Shown in pieces: positions 36,335-45,516 of a stretch of DNA of 45,516 nucleotides (position 1 is the stretch's first letter; every line of letters begins with the position of its first letter). The position numbers were made by a program, and so were the translations under genes. The stretch covers positions 1 to 45,516 of the forward strand of contig JBBIQV010000025.1 in assembly GCA_037442105.1 (NCBI GenBank), written 5' to 3'. This stretch comes from Nitrospiraceae bacterium (lineage in GTDB: Bacteria; Nitrospirota; Nitrospiria; Nitrospirales; Nitrospiraceae). Below the pieces are notes generated by a model. That model worked only from the letters and a program-made list of their open reading frames with translations. It searched no databases and had not been told where the DNA came from.

Positions 36335-37531
36335 TTGTCCACGAAGCACGTCACTCACTATATTGCCGACCACACCGGGCTCGAATCCCTGTGCGCGCAT
36401 TTGTGCGAGGCCGATCGGATCGCAATCGATACTGAGTTCGTCGGTGAAGACAATTACATCCCACGGCTCGAACTCATCCAGATAGCGACAAGCGATGTGG
36501 CGGCGGTTCTCGACTTCCCCGCATTGCAGGCACATGGGCCTCTGGACAACTTCTGGGAGCTTCTCTGCCGGCGGAGCGTGGAAAAAGTGCTGCACGCCGG
36601 GCGTCAGGATCTCGAACTCTTCGTCACGCACGCCGGCCAAGTGCCCAAACCGTTTTTCGACACCCAAATCGCCGCCGCAATGGTCGGGCATGGTGCTCAA
36701 GTGGCCTATGCAAACTTGGTGCAGCGAGTTCACGGCACTCGTCTCGCCAAGGCGCACACCTTTACGAATTGGAGCCAGCGGCCGCTTACGAAAGAGCAAA
36801 TCACCTATGCGCTTGAGGATGTCCAATTTCTCCTTCCCGTGCACGACCACTTGCGCGGACGGCTTCATTCGCTGGGACGGCTGGACTGGGTGCAGGAAGA
36901 GTTCGCTCGACTCGAATCGATGTTGGGGAGCGGCACTCGCGAACCGCAAGAACGTTATCAGCGTATCCGAGGGTGGGAGAATCTCAAACCTAAGTCTGCT
37001 GCGGTACTTCGTGCTCTGGCTGCCTGGCGGGAAGGGGAGGCCAAGCGAAAGAATGTTCCGCGAGGACGTGTGCTCCGCGACGAAGTGGTGCTGCAACTTG
37101 CCCGTCAGTCGCCCAAGACCATCGGCGAACTGCGGGGCATCCGCGGCTTGCATCCGTCGGAAATGGAGCGCAATGGCGTCACGATTATCGAGACGATTCA
37201 ACAGGCTCTGGCGCTCCCACCATCCGAATGGCCTGAGATTCCTCGCGATAAAAAACCTGAGCCTGAATCCATCGGGCTGGTTGAATTGCTCCAGGCTGTT
37301 TTGAAAGGCCGCGCTGCTGAAGCGGATATCGCGCCGACGCTGCTTGCCACCACCGCCGATCTGCAAGCTCTCGTTGAAGCGAAGGAGCAACGAGGCCGGC
37401 TCGATCTGCCTATCCTCCGTGGCTGGCGGCGAGAGATTGCAGGAGAGACGCTGCTCGAAGTGTTGGAGGGAAAGACAACTGTCAGCGTGGACCCACGATC
37501 CGGCAAACTTTGGTTGAGAGCAGGCTCCTAG
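36335..37531 (+). CDS. rnd: Ribonuclease D with HRDC domain
   Basis: IAIDTEF, LIQIA, KVLHAG.QD, FDTQIAA, WSQRPL, YALEDV; HRDC WRE..A...N.P...VL.D. Confidence 0.93.
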   Translation: MSTKHVTHYIADHTGLESLCAHLCEADRIAIDTEFVGEDNYIPRLELIQIATSDVAAVLDFPALQAHGPLDNFWELLCRRSVEKVLHAGRQDLELFVTHAGQVPKPFFDTQIAAAMVGHGAQVAYANLVQRVHGTRLAKAHTFTNWSQRPLTKEQITYALEDVQFLLPVHDHLRGRLHSLGRLDWVQEEFARLESMLGSGTREPQERYQRIRGWENLKPKSAAVLRALAAWREGEAKRKNVPRGRVLRDEVVLQLARQSPKTIGELRGIRGLHPSEMERNGVTIIETIQQALALPPSEWPEIPRDKKPEPESIGLVELLQAVLKGRAAEADIAPTLLATTADLQALVEAKEQRGRLDLPILRGWRREIAGETLLEVLEGKTTVSVDPRSGKLWLRAGS

Positions 37532-37560
37532 AAAACGAGCAAGGGGTTAGCCTTACCGCC

Positions 37561-37911
37561 TTACAATAACTTTTTGACCGTCTCCGCCGGTCTGGCCAGC
37601 ATGGCTTGTTCACCCTTCTCAACAATCGGGCGCTGGATCAGGTCGGGGTGCTTGAGCATCAGGTCGATCAGTTCATCCTCCGGCAAGTTTTTCTTCGCCA
37701 AGCCCAGTTCCTTATAAATATCTTCCTTCGTCCGGAGCACATCATTCGCCGTCAGGCCGGCCTTTTTTAACAGCCCTTTGAGCTGGGTTTTGGTGAAAGG
37801 CTTCTCGTAGTAATTCACTGCTGTGAAGGGCTTTCTGCTCTCCTTCAGCATCTGAACCGCCTGGCGGCAGGTTGTGCATGTGGGCTTTTGATAGATCGTG
37901 ATATCGGCCAT
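37561..37911 (-). CDS. ArsC/Spx/MgsR family protein (arsenate reductase-like)
   Basis: YQKPTCTTCR, HPDLIQRPIV, ARP; GGAG RBS before ATG 37911. Confidence 0.9.
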   Translation of the reverse strand: MADITIYQKPTCTTCRQAVQMLKESRKPFTAVNYYEKPFTKTQLKGLLKKAGLTANDVLRTKEDIYKELGLAKKNLPEDELIDLMLKHPDLIQRPIVEKGEQAMLARPAETVKKLL

Positions 37912-38034
37912 GTGCTCTCCTTTTCTCTTGCATCGGCGCAAAGGCGCCTTGACGCGATTTTCTCACCCATGCTACATCTCAACAGCGCTCATTCATCATC
38001 AAATCACCAAGTCAACAAGCCACTCACTTCTCTC

Positions 38035-38412
38035 ATGCCCACCGTTGGAACTGATACCAGCAGTCAGAGCGGCCAGTTTGCCTGCGCGACAAAGACCCAA
38101 CGGACTCTTCGGGACCTGCGGACCAAACGAAAGGGCCAACCCGTGTTCGTGGTCGGCCATATCCTTGAACGAAAAGGGCAGGAGGCGACGTTCGAGGTCT
38201 TCAATGAGCGATTGGCGGTGATCAAATTTTCCGACGGTACGGTCCTGGGCTACGATCCGCTGGAGTTGCTGCTCCCGACCGAAATCGATGAAAAAGGTAT
38301 AGCGTTCTTCGAAATCGGCACGTGCACCCAGTGCGACAAGTTCTTTCCGCTCACCATTGAAGAGTGCGAGGCTGAACAGGAACCGGCCGTCTGTCCTGAA
38401 TGCGCCTCGTGA
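38035..38412 (+). CDS. Hypothetical protein with C-terminal CxxC...CxxC zinc ribbon
   Basis: CTQC and CPEC; 125 aa from ATG 38035. Confidence 0.7.
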   Translation: MPTVGTDTSSQSGQFACATKTQRTLRDLRTKRKGQPVFVVGHILERKGQEATFEVFNERLAVIKFSDGTVLGYDPLELLLPTEIDEKGIAFFEIGTCTQCDKFFPLTIEECEAEQEPAVCPECAS

Positions 38413-38432
38413 CACAGACTGAAGCCTGGACC

Positions 38433-38647
38433 TTAACCCGCATTATTCACGAGGGTTCGTGACGAAACCGGCGAGACGCCTGCGAGACGGGCGCGCGGAG
38501 CCCCGAAGACCTGAGGCGTACTTGAACAGTACGTCGAAGGTCTGAGGAGCGAGCCCGCCCGCCAGCATGCCGCATAGCCGCATGCCGGCTTGTCGCAGCG
38601 GCGTTTCGGCGGTTGCAGTAGAAGCCTTCGTGAATAATGCGGGTTAA
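38433..38647. mobile_element. MITE-like non-autonomous element
   Basis: Perfect 20-bp terminal inverted repeats TTAACCCGCATTATTCACGA / TCGTGAATAATGCGGGTTAA (outer TTAA may be the target duplication); internal hairpins; between convergent genes. Confidence 0.8.
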
Positions 38648-38649
38648 CC

Positions 38650-39039
38650 TTAGTCCACCAGCGGCGCCACTTCCACCGCTTTCTTAATGAGGCAGTCGCC
38701 GGCAAAGCTCTGCAACGTCATCGGCAACATCCCTGCATCAATTGCACGGACCGAGGTCACTCGAAACCCGTCCGCAACCTTCACTCCCTCCAGCTTCATC
38801 GCATGACAGATCTCGAGTTTCTTCCAGATCAGATTGTTCTGGATCGGCTCGGTCGGGAGCAATTTCATGTCTGACACAATTCCGTCCACGGAAGCTTTCA
38901 CTGACACCCGTGCTTTGTCTTTCGGGGTCTCGCTCACGACAGCAAAAATCGCAATTTCCTCCTCAGCCTTCGACACGCCAAATCCTAATAGTCCCAGCAA
39001 TCCGATGGCGATCAGAAGCAGGCGAATCGTCTGTCTCAC
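38650..39039 (-). CDS. Hypothetical exported protein
   Basis: Signal peptide ending SKA; GGAGAGG RBS; two Cys. Confidence 0.7.
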   Translation of the reverse strand: MRQTIRLLLIAIGLLGLLGFGVSKAEEEIAIFAVVSETPKDKARVSVKASVDGIVSDMKLLPTEPIQNNLIWKKLEICHAMKLEGVKVADGFRVTSVRAIDAGMLPMTLQSFAGDCLIKKAVEVAPLVD

Positions 39040-39246
39040 GTTACCTCTCCCTGGCTGATCCTTCGATGCGCGGTTTTGGGTTTTATTTTATATGGAGCGA
39101 TTGGTTCGTCACTCAGGTCGCCGTCCCGTTAAAATTAAGTATGCCAAGCACGACAGTCCATTTCAAGACGAGGGCCCGCATCGGGGGGCGTTCGTGGTAT
39201 GCTGGTTGGAATGACGAAGAGTTCGTAAGGCGAGGGGAGGTGCATC

Positions 39247-40380
39247 ATGCCACATGACTTTATGCCGGGACTCGCCGGAGTGCCGGCGGCGAAATCCGCC
39301 ATCAGCGACGTAGATGGTCAGCGTGGCGTGTTGGAATATCGCGGCATCCGGGTCGAAGACCTCTGTGCCAACTCGTCCTTTCTGGAAACCGCCTATCTTC
39401 TCCTGTTCGGACACCTCCCTACTCAATCGCAATGGGTGCGGTGGAACGAAGATGTGACTCGCCACCGGCGCATCAAATTCAAGATCATCGACTTGATGAA
39501 GTGCTTGCCGGAGCACGGCCATCCGATGGATGCGCTGCAAGCCGCAGTCGCAGCCCTGGGCATGTTCTATCCTGGTCGCAATGTGCAAAACGTCGAGAAT
39601 AACTATTGGTCCGTCGTGCGTTTGGTGGCGAAGCTGCCTACCATCGTCGCAGCCTGGGCGCGCCTGCGTCACGGTGACGACTTCATTCCGCCCCGCGACG
39701 ATCTGGGCCTCGCCGAGAACTTTCTCTACATGCTGACCGAGACGGTGCCGTTGCCCTTGTGGAGCGAGATCTTTGACGACTGCCTCATTCTCCACGCCGA
39801 ACACACCATGAATGCCTCCACGTTCACCGGTATGGTTACGGCCTCGACGCTGGCCGATCCCTACACCGTGGTCGCGTCTTCGATCGGTGCCTTGAAAGGG
39901 CCGTTACATGGGGGGGCGAACGAGGAGGTCGTCCAGATGTTGAAGGAAATCGGTTCGCCTGATCGGGCTCGATCGTATGTCGAGGAGAAAATCCGAGGCA
40001 AACAGAAGCTCATGGGCTTCGGCCATCGGGTGTACAAAGTGAAAGACCCGCGGGCGAGGATTCTCCAGGCCCTCTGCGAGCGGCTATTCAAGGAATGCGG
40101 CAGCTCACCGCTGTACGATGTGGCTGCCGAGGTTGAACGGGTCGCAGGAGAGTTTCTGCAAGGCAAAGGCGTCCACGCGAATGTTGATTTCTACTCCGGG
40201 ATTATCTACGACAAGATGGGCATCGACGCGGACCTGTTTACACCGTTATTCGCGATGGCACGGGTCTCCGGCTGGCTCGCCCACTGGCTGGAGCAGCTCC
40301 GCGAGAATAAGCTGTTCCGCCCCGATCAAATTTACTCCGGCGAACATAATCGACCCTATGTCCCGATCGAGCAGCGCTAG
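39247..40380 (+). CDS. gltA: Citrate synthase
   Basis: HAEH..NAST, GPLHGGAN, GFGHRVYK..DPR, NVDFYSG, R..GW. Confidence 0.95.
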   Translation: MPHDFMPGLAGVPAAKSAISDVDGQRGVLEYRGIRVEDLCANSSFLETAYLLLFGHLPTQSQWVRWNEDVTRHRRIKFKIIDLMKCLPEHGHPMDALQAAVAALGMFYPGRNVQNVENNYWSVVRLVAKLPTIVAAWARLRHGDDFIPPRDDLGLAENFLYMLTETVPLPLWSEIFDDCLILHAEHTMNASTFTGMVTASTLADPYTVVASSIGALKGPLHGGANEEVVQMLKEIGSPDRARSYVEEKIRGKQKLMGFGHRVYKVKDPRARILQALCERLFKECGSSPLYDVAAEVERVAGEFLQGKGVHANVDFYSGIIYDKMGIDADLFTPLFAMARVSGWLAHWLEQLRENKLFRPDQIYSGEHNRPYVPIEQR

Positions 40381-40525
40381 CCCGCTTTTGATCCCCAGCA
40401 GTTCCGCATTCTTGCCACCCCTTGACTCCCGGACTGTCCGATTTATCTCTGGAACCAGAGAGACGCATCGGCGCGGCGCCAAGAATGAAAGCACGAACAC
40501 CAAAACGAAAGAAGGAGGGCACAAC

Positions 40526-40975
40526 ATGAATGCCATCATGCGCTGGGACCCTTTCCGGGAACTTGAAGAAATGTCGGACCGGCTCAATCGGATGTTCGCA
40601 CGTCCGGCCATCTGGACGAACGCCAAGGAGGCGCTGACGGTAGCCGATTGGACTCCGACTGTGGACATCAGCGAAACCGAGGGTGAGTATTTGATCAAGG
40701 CCGAACTGCCGGAAGTGAAGAAGGAAGACGTGAAGATCAACCTTGAAGATGGTGTCCTGACGATCCAGGGCGAACGCCGGCATGAGAAAGAGGTGAAAGG
40801 CACGAAGTATCACCGCATTGAACGGGCGTACGGGAGTTTCGTTCGCAGCTTCTCGCTGCCGGATCAGGTCGACGAGAGCAAGGTGAAGGCAGAATTCAAG
40901 GAAGGGGTGCTCAACCTTCATCTGCCCAAATCGGAGAAAGCCAAGTCCCGTGCGATCGAAGTGAAGGTTGCCTAA
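40526..40975 (+). CDS. Hsp20/alpha-crystallin small heat shock protein
   Basis: RWDPF, P.VDI.E, ELP, ER.YGSF.RSF.LP, A.F.EGVL...LPK, IEV; AAGGAGG RBS. Confidence 0.95.
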   Translation: MNAIMRWDPFRELEEMSDRLNRMFARPAIWTNAKEALTVADWTPTVDISETEGEYLIKAELPEVKKEDVKINLEDGVLTIQGERRHEKEVKGTKYHRIERAYGSFVRSFSLPDQVDESKVKAEFKEGVLNLHLPKSEKAKSRAIEVKVA

Positions 40976-41002
40976 GCCGCTCAGTCTGATCGGTATGAGA
41001 AC

Positions 41003-41032
41003 AAAGGCCCGCTTCGGCGGGCCTTTTCTTTT
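41003..41032 (+). terminator. Intrinsic terminator after hsp20
   Basis: AAAGGCCCGC-TTCG-GCGGGCCTTTTCTTTT. Confidence 0.9.
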
Positions 41033-41186
41033 CGCGAAAGCATTTACCCACATCTTTTCTTCCCCAACCGTTCCTTACTTCATTCCTCAACGAAGTCTTC
41101 CCCAACCCTTGTGCTTGGAGGTGGCGACCGTTTAAGATGCGCCCGCGAAAAATTCGTCCTGCCAAGCTCAGCGAGGAGATGACATC

Positions 41187-42662
41187 ATGAAGAAGAAACA
41201 GAGGGTCAAGGCTAAGCTATCGACCACGCAGGCGTCCACGCCGGTTATCCCATCTGGTGCCCGCATCGAGCGGGATACGATGGGCGAACTGGCGGTACCG
41301 GGCAATGCCTACTACGGAGTGCAGACGGCGCGGGCGATTGAGAATTTCCCCATCAGCGATCTGCGCTTTCCCCGTTCCTTCATCCGAGCGATGGGCCTTA
41401 TCAAGCGGTCGGCAGCGATCGTCAACGAATCGCTTGGCTTAGTGGAAAAGAAGATCGCCGGCGCGATCAAGCAGGCCGGGCAGGAGGTGATCGATGGGAA
41501 ATGGGATGCGGAATTCCCTGTCGATATTTTCCAGACCGGGTCCGGCACCTCGACCAATATGAATACCAACGAGGTCATTGCGAACCGGGCGACCGAACTG
41601 TTGGGGGGGCAGCGCGGCAGCAAGCTCGTGCACCCGAACGACCATGTGAATTTAGGCCAGTCGAGCAACGATGTGATTCCGACAGCCATTCACGTCGCCG
41701 CCGTCGAATCGATCGAGCGCCGACTGATTCCATCGCTCACTCGCCTCCACAAGGCGCTCGCAACGAAGGCCAAAGAGTTCAACAAGGTCGTGAAGATCGG
41801 GCGCACGCATCTGCAGGATGCGACGCCGGTTCGACTCGGCCAGGAGTTTGGAGGCTATGCGAGGCAGATCGAGCTCGGCATCGCGCGTATGAAGAAGGCT
41901 CAAGCGGCTCTGCGGGAGGTGGCTCTTGGCGGCACAGCGGTGGGCACCGGCCTTAATGCCCATCCGGAATTTGCCGCTCGTGTGATGGCGCTTGTGTCAA
42001 GAGAAATCGGCGTCACACTGAGGGAAGCGGAGAACCATTTCGAAGCCCAGTCCGCGCAGGATTCGGTGGTTGAAGCGAGCGGTGAACTCCGTACGCTGGC
42101 CGTGAGCCTCATGAAAATCGCCAACGACATCCGCTGGCTTGGCTCCGGCCCCCGGTGTGGGTTGGGAGAGATCCAGTTGCCGGAAACGCAGCCCGGCTCT
42201 TCGATCATGCCGGGAAAGGTTAATCCGGTCATCGCTGAATCGGTTACGATGGTGGCGGCGCAGATCATCGGAAACGATGTGACCATTACCGTGGGAGGGC
42301 AGGCCGGCAATTTCGAATTGCTGGTGATGCTCCCGGTGATGGCCTATAACCTGCTTCAGTCAATCGAACTTCTCGCTAGCGCTGCGACGAACTTCTCGGC
42401 CAAGTGCATCGAGGGTATCAGGGCGAACGAAGAGCGCTGTCAAAGCTTGATCGAGCAAAGTTTGGCGATGTGCACGGGGCTGGCACCGGAAATCGGCTAT
42501 GACGCTGCTGCCGCCATCTCGAAAGAGGCCTACAAAAGCGGCAAGACTGTCCGAGAAGTGGCGACAGGTAAGCAGGTCCTTCCGCTGAAGAAATTGAACG
42601 AACTCTTAGATCCGTGGCGTATGACCGAACCTGGCGGTCCCATCGGCAACGCGGGCGGATAG
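41187..42662 (+). CDS. fumC: Fumarate hydratase class II
   Basis: QTGSGTSTNMN, GRTHLQDA, GSSIMPGKVNP signature. Confidence 0.95.
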   Translation: MKKKQRVKAKLSTTQASTPVIPSGARIERDTMGELAVPGNAYYGVQTARAIENFPISDLRFPRSFIRAMGLIKRSAAIVNESLGLVEKKIAGAIKQAGQEVIDGKWDAEFPVDIFQTGSGTSTNMNTNEVIANRATELLGGQRGSKLVHPNDHVNLGQSSNDVIPTAIHVAAVESIERRLIPSLTRLHKALATKAKEFNKVVKIGRTHLQDATPVRLGQEFGGYARQIELGIARMKKAQAALREVALGGTAVGTGLNAHPEFAARVMALVSREIGVTLREAENHFEAQSAQDSVVEASGELRTLAVSLMKIANDIRWLGSGPRCGLGEIQLPETQPGSSIMPGKVNPVIAESVTMVAAQIIGNDVTITVGGQAGNFELLVMLPVMAYNLLQSIELLASAATNFSAKCIEGIRANEERCQSLIEQSLAMCTGLAPEIGYDAAAAISKEAYKSGKTVREVATGKQVLPLKKLNELLDPWRMTEPGGPIGNAGG

Positions 42663-42786
42663 GATGGCAGGACGATGGACAGGGTCCATCATTTTTGACA
42701 GCCAAAGAATCCCTATGCTAGATTGCGCGGAAATTTTGGATGGTCCAGACGATCAGGCGGCCTCAATTGCGAGCATATAAAGGCGC

Positions 42787-44154
42787 ATGATGAGTGCACC
42801 AGGCGTGAAACAAGTTGCTCATGTTGTCATTGTGGTCGGCGCCGGTCCTGCCGGCATGTCAGTGGCCAATGTGATGGCCAAAGCCGGACATGAAGTGATC
42901 ATCCTGAACCGCGATATCAAATTCGGCGGATTGGCCGAATACGGCATCTTCCCCAGCAAGCTGAAGCTCCGGGGAGGCCTGAAGAAAACCTATTGGGAAA
43001 TTCTGAAGCTGCCGAACGTCCACTACTTCGGCAATGTCTCTGTCGGTAAGGGAAAAGACCTCACAGTGGAGGACCTGCGCAACTTGGGCGCCGGTGCCAT
43101 TGTCTTTGCGACCGGAGCACAAGGCACCAAAACTATCGGTGTAGAAGGGGATTCGGCCGAGGGAGTCTTCCACGCGAAGGACGTCGTCTATCACTACAAC
43201 CGATTGCCCGGTTTCGGAGATCGTTCCTTCGAGATGGGCAAGCATGTGGCGGTAATCGGTGTGGGCGATGTGATGGTGGACATTGCCCATTGGCTGGTCC
43301 GCTATAAGAAGGCAGAGCGCGTGACGGCGATCGCCCGAAGGGGACCGGCGGAACGGAAATACAATCCCAAGGAAATCCGTGCCGTATGCGCCTACATCGA
43401 CCAGCAAACCTTGAGCCGGGAGTTTGACCGCATCCGTCCAAGACTGGAAACAGTCGCGCAGAATCCAGACGACATTCTGAAAAGCATGCTGGAGGAGTTC
43501 GCCAAGTGTGAACCGGCCACAAGCCAGGCCACCATCGGGTTCCGGTTTCTGGCTTCACCCAAGCGGGTCCTCGTGGACGGCAACAACCACGTGCGTGGCC
43601 TCGAAATCGAGGAGACCAAGCTCGAACCCAAGGGCGAAGATACAGTGGCCGTCGGTCTGAAGCAGTATTACGAGTTTGCCTGCGACAGTGTCGTCTTTGC
43701 GGTCGGCGACAAAGCCGATGAGACGGTGGGGCTGCCCTACAAGAACGGCGTGTTCGTGACGAATCCCGTGAAGACCGGGAACGATCCTGACGATGCCTTG
43801 TTCCAAGCGTATGACGAGGCGACAGGGAAAGTCGTTGAAGGCGTCTTTCTGGCGGGTTGGGCGCGTAAGGCGAGCGAAGGTTTAGTCGGGATTGCTAAGC
43901 GGGATGGGGAGTGGTGTGCAGAGGTTGTGACTCGCTACTTAGGGACGCAGCCTCCTCATCCCGCGCAACAGATACCGACCATCGTGTTGGGGCTGCGGAA
44001 ACTTCTCCAGGAACGTAAGACCGCCGCCATCGGGTTGGATGGTCTTCGAATTCTCGATGCAGCCGAGAACGCTCATCCGCACAAGGCCGGTTGCATCGGA
44101 GAATTCAAGTTCCTGACCAATCAGGAAATGTTGGGCTTGATTCAAAGGGGTTGA
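42787..44154 (+). CDS. FAD-dependent oxidoreductase, ferredoxin-NADP+ reductase (adrenodoxin reductase/FprA)-like
   Basis: GAGPAG, GGL..YG, ATGA, VIGVGDV..D.A, RRGP, GW.RK. Confidence 0.8.
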   Translation: MMSAPGVKQVAHVVIVVGAGPAGMSVANVMAKAGHEVIILNRDIKFGGLAEYGIFPSKLKLRGGLKKTYWEILKLPNVHYFGNVSVGKGKDLTVEDLRNLGAGAIVFATGAQGTKTIGVEGDSAEGVFHAKDVVYHYNRLPGFGDRSFEMGKHVAVIGVGDVMVDIAHWLVRYKKAERVTAIARRGPAERKYNPKEIRAVCAYIDQQTLSREFDRIRPRLETVAQNPDDILKSMLEEFAKCEPATSQATIGFRFLASPKRVLVDGNNHVRGLEIEETKLEPKGEDTVAVGLKQYYEFACDSVVFAVGDKADETVGLPYKNGVFVTNPVKTGNDPDDALFQAYDEATGKVVEGVFLAGWARKASEGLVGIAKRDGEWCAEVVTRYLGTQPPHPAQQIPTIVLGLRKLLQERKTAAIGLDGLRILDAAENAHPHKAGCIGEFKFLTNQEMLGLIQRG

Positions 44155-44181
44155 GAGGTCACTCCTGCCCCAGCCGCACAG

Positions 44182-45048
44182 TTAGCTGTCTCCCCACTTC
44201 AGTTTCCATCTCAACACATCGTAATAGGTGCTTTCCGGAAAGCGGATGAGTTGGGTTCGGTGATCTGAAGTTTGAATCACGATCGTGTCCCCTTGTGTCA
44301 TTGCCACTCCCACCTGTCCGTCAAAGGTTGCCATTGCGCCGTCATCTTTGCTTGTCAAGGTGACCTCGATCACTGTTTGGCTCGGAACCAATAACGGCCG
44401 ATGCGTCAACGTATGAGGACAAATCGGGGTCAGAATCAAGGACTGCACCGCAGGACTCATAATCGGTCCGCCAGCAGACAGTGAATAGGCCGTTGAACCG
44501 GTCGGGGTCGATACAATCACGCCATCCCCACGCAGGCTTGTGACGAACTGATCTTCGATCGTGATGCGCAATTCGATCATCCGCGCGAGCGTGCCTTTGC
44601 TGACCACCACATCATTGAGGACCGATGCCTGGGCCACATGTTCGCCATGCCGATGCATCCTGGCTCGGATCATCAGCCGCTCGTCGAGCACATAATCGTT
44701 CCTGAAAACCCGTTCGAGCGCCGGGTAGAGTTGCTCCAGACGAACCTCGGTCAAGAACCCGAGCCCGCCCATGTTGCATCCCAAAATCGGGATGCCGCGT
44801 TCCTCCGCCAGGCGCGCCGCGTTTAGCATCGTGCCGTCTCCCCCCAACACGAGGATCATGTCCGAGAGCGAGGCGATTTGAGTTTTTTGATAGGCTCCCG
44901 GCTCGCCGATCATCTGGGCCGTCGCGGCATCGAGGATTACGTCTTTCTTGCGCTCGCGCAGCCATGCCACCAGCTCTGTAAGAGTCGGTTTCACATCCGG
45001 GAACTTTGGCTTGGTCAGTATGCCTATCGTATTCACAGCCAGAAACAC
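44182..45048 (-). CDS. nadK: NAD+ kinase
   Basis: GGDGT, N.G.LGFL, LND, DG..VSTPTGSTAY.LSAGGP, DGQ. Confidence 0.96.
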   Translation of the reverse strand: MFLAVNTIGILTKPKFPDVKPTLTELVAWLRERKKDVILDAATAQMIGEPGAYQKTQIASLSDMILVLGGDGTMLNAARLAEERGIPILGCNMGGLGFLTEVRLEQLYPALERVFRNDYVLDERLMIRARMHRHGEHVAQASVLNDVVVSKGTLARMIELRITIEDQFVTSLRGDGVIVSTPTGSTAYSLSAGGPIMSPAVQSLILTPICPHTLTHRPLLVPSQTVIEVTLTSKDDGAMATFDGQVGVAMTQGDTIVIQTSDHRTQLIRFPESTYYDVLRWKLKWGDS

Positions 45049-45088
45049 GCGCCGGGGGGTGATATGATGTAGAGGATCAAGGCGCGGA

Positions 45089-45118
45089 ATTCTATAGGGA
45101 TGGTTCTTTCCTTGTCAA
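45089..45118 (-). promoter_or_regulatory. Sigma70-like promoter of nadK
   Basis: Minus strand TTGACA-18 nt-TAGAAT. Confidence 0.55.
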
Positions 45119-45189
45119 CGAAAGGCGGGTACCGGCAGGACCGTGCGCGAACGATGGCCGAAAATTCTTGGTATGCATGGAATCGATAC

Positions 45190-45218
45190 TTGACTCCTCG
45201 TAACAGCGTTGATATGTT
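45190..45218 (+). promoter_or_regulatory. rRNA operon upstream promoter (P1)
   Basis: TTGACT-17 nt-TATGTT with TG extended -10. Confidence 0.6.
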
Positions 45219-45317
45219 ACGACCCGCGCTCGGCCTGCCTATTGACTGTATCCGTGACTGCGAGTCGCGGTGCGGCTCTGAGGGAATACCCGAACCGAAA
45301 GTGGTTAAAAGGGTCCC

Positions 45318-45346
45318 TTGACATGCTTCTGCGTACAGAGTATAGT
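45318..45346 (+). promoter_or_regulatory. rRNA operon promoter (P2)
   Basis: TTGACA-17 nt-TATAGT. Confidence 0.8.
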
Positions 45347-45370
45347 ACGCAGCTCGCGTGATGAGCGCAT

Positions 45371-45384
45371 TGTTCTTTGAAAAC
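45371..45384 (+). promoter_or_regulatory. rrn leader boxA antitermination element
   Basis: TGTTCTTTGAAAAC matches boxA consensus, between promoter and 16S. Confidence 0.75.
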
Positions 45385-45457
45385 TGAATAGAGCGAACAG
45401 CTCTAAATGGTGTAAGGTGTATTGAAGAGGTGGCCCTTGGATCCAATTCCAAAGAAA

Positions 45458-45516
45458 CCTCATGAGAGTTTGATCCTGGCTCAGAACGAACGCTGGCGGC
45501 GCGCCTAATACATGCA
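45458..45516 (+). rRNA. rrs: 16S rRNA 5' end (partial)
   Basis: AGAGTTTGATCCTGGCTCAG (27F site) at 45465 followed by AACGAACGCTGGCGGCGCGCCTAATACATGCA. Confidence 0.97.

Noticed and set aside
38433..38705. 90-aa ORF across the MITE as a transposase
   Set aside because: No DDE/HUH motifs, too short, and overlaps the adjacent gene.
40118..40525. N-terminal extension of Hsp20 in ORF track
   Set aside because: Overlaps citrate synthase; a strong RBS supports ATG 40526.
41058..41107. 12-bp direct repeat TCTTCCCCAACC upstream of fumC
   Set aside because: Only two copies in a pyrimidine-rich spacer; no recognisable regulator motif.
45033..45452. ORFs in the nadK-16S spacer
   Set aside because: Region is occupied by rRNA promoters, boxA and leader; translations look non-coding.

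Overview
GC-rich bacterial chromosomal window, most likely Nitrospira/Nitrospirota. That is an inference from gene content and the 16S 5' end, not a database result. From left to right: (i) the end of a chemotaxis operon (MCP tail, DUF420, cheR, cheD, cheB) followed by a partner-switching module (2 STAS, Rec-PP2C, Hpt, Rec-HATPase); (ii) an orphan pstS-like gene and a convergent phosphate-porin-like gene whose promoters share the same PHO-box-like 11-bp repeat architecture; (iii) a minus-strand type II secretion cluster (gspC-D ... E-F-G-H-I-J-N-L-M-K), interrupted between gspD and gspE by a multicopper oxidase / SCO / MauG-like di-haem operon (with a scaffold gap at 25609-25618) and between gspH and gspI by a fibronectin-III lipoprotein; (iv) an internally deleted OmpR-type regulator, a Pal-like lipoprotein and a YyaL-aldo/keto reductase fusion; (v) housekeeping genes (malic enzyme, cytochrome c, J-domain protein, RNase D, ArsC-like, citrate synthase, Hsp20, fumC, FNR-like, NAD kinase) and the promoters and 5' end of an rRNA operon. 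The first 18 kb carry about ten heptamer-repeat arrays of different sequence, several forming inverted hairpins. They sit at gene junctions and inside tolerant coding segments (MCP tether, CheB linker, GspG/GspH leader peptides). A 215-bp MITE lies at 38433-38647.
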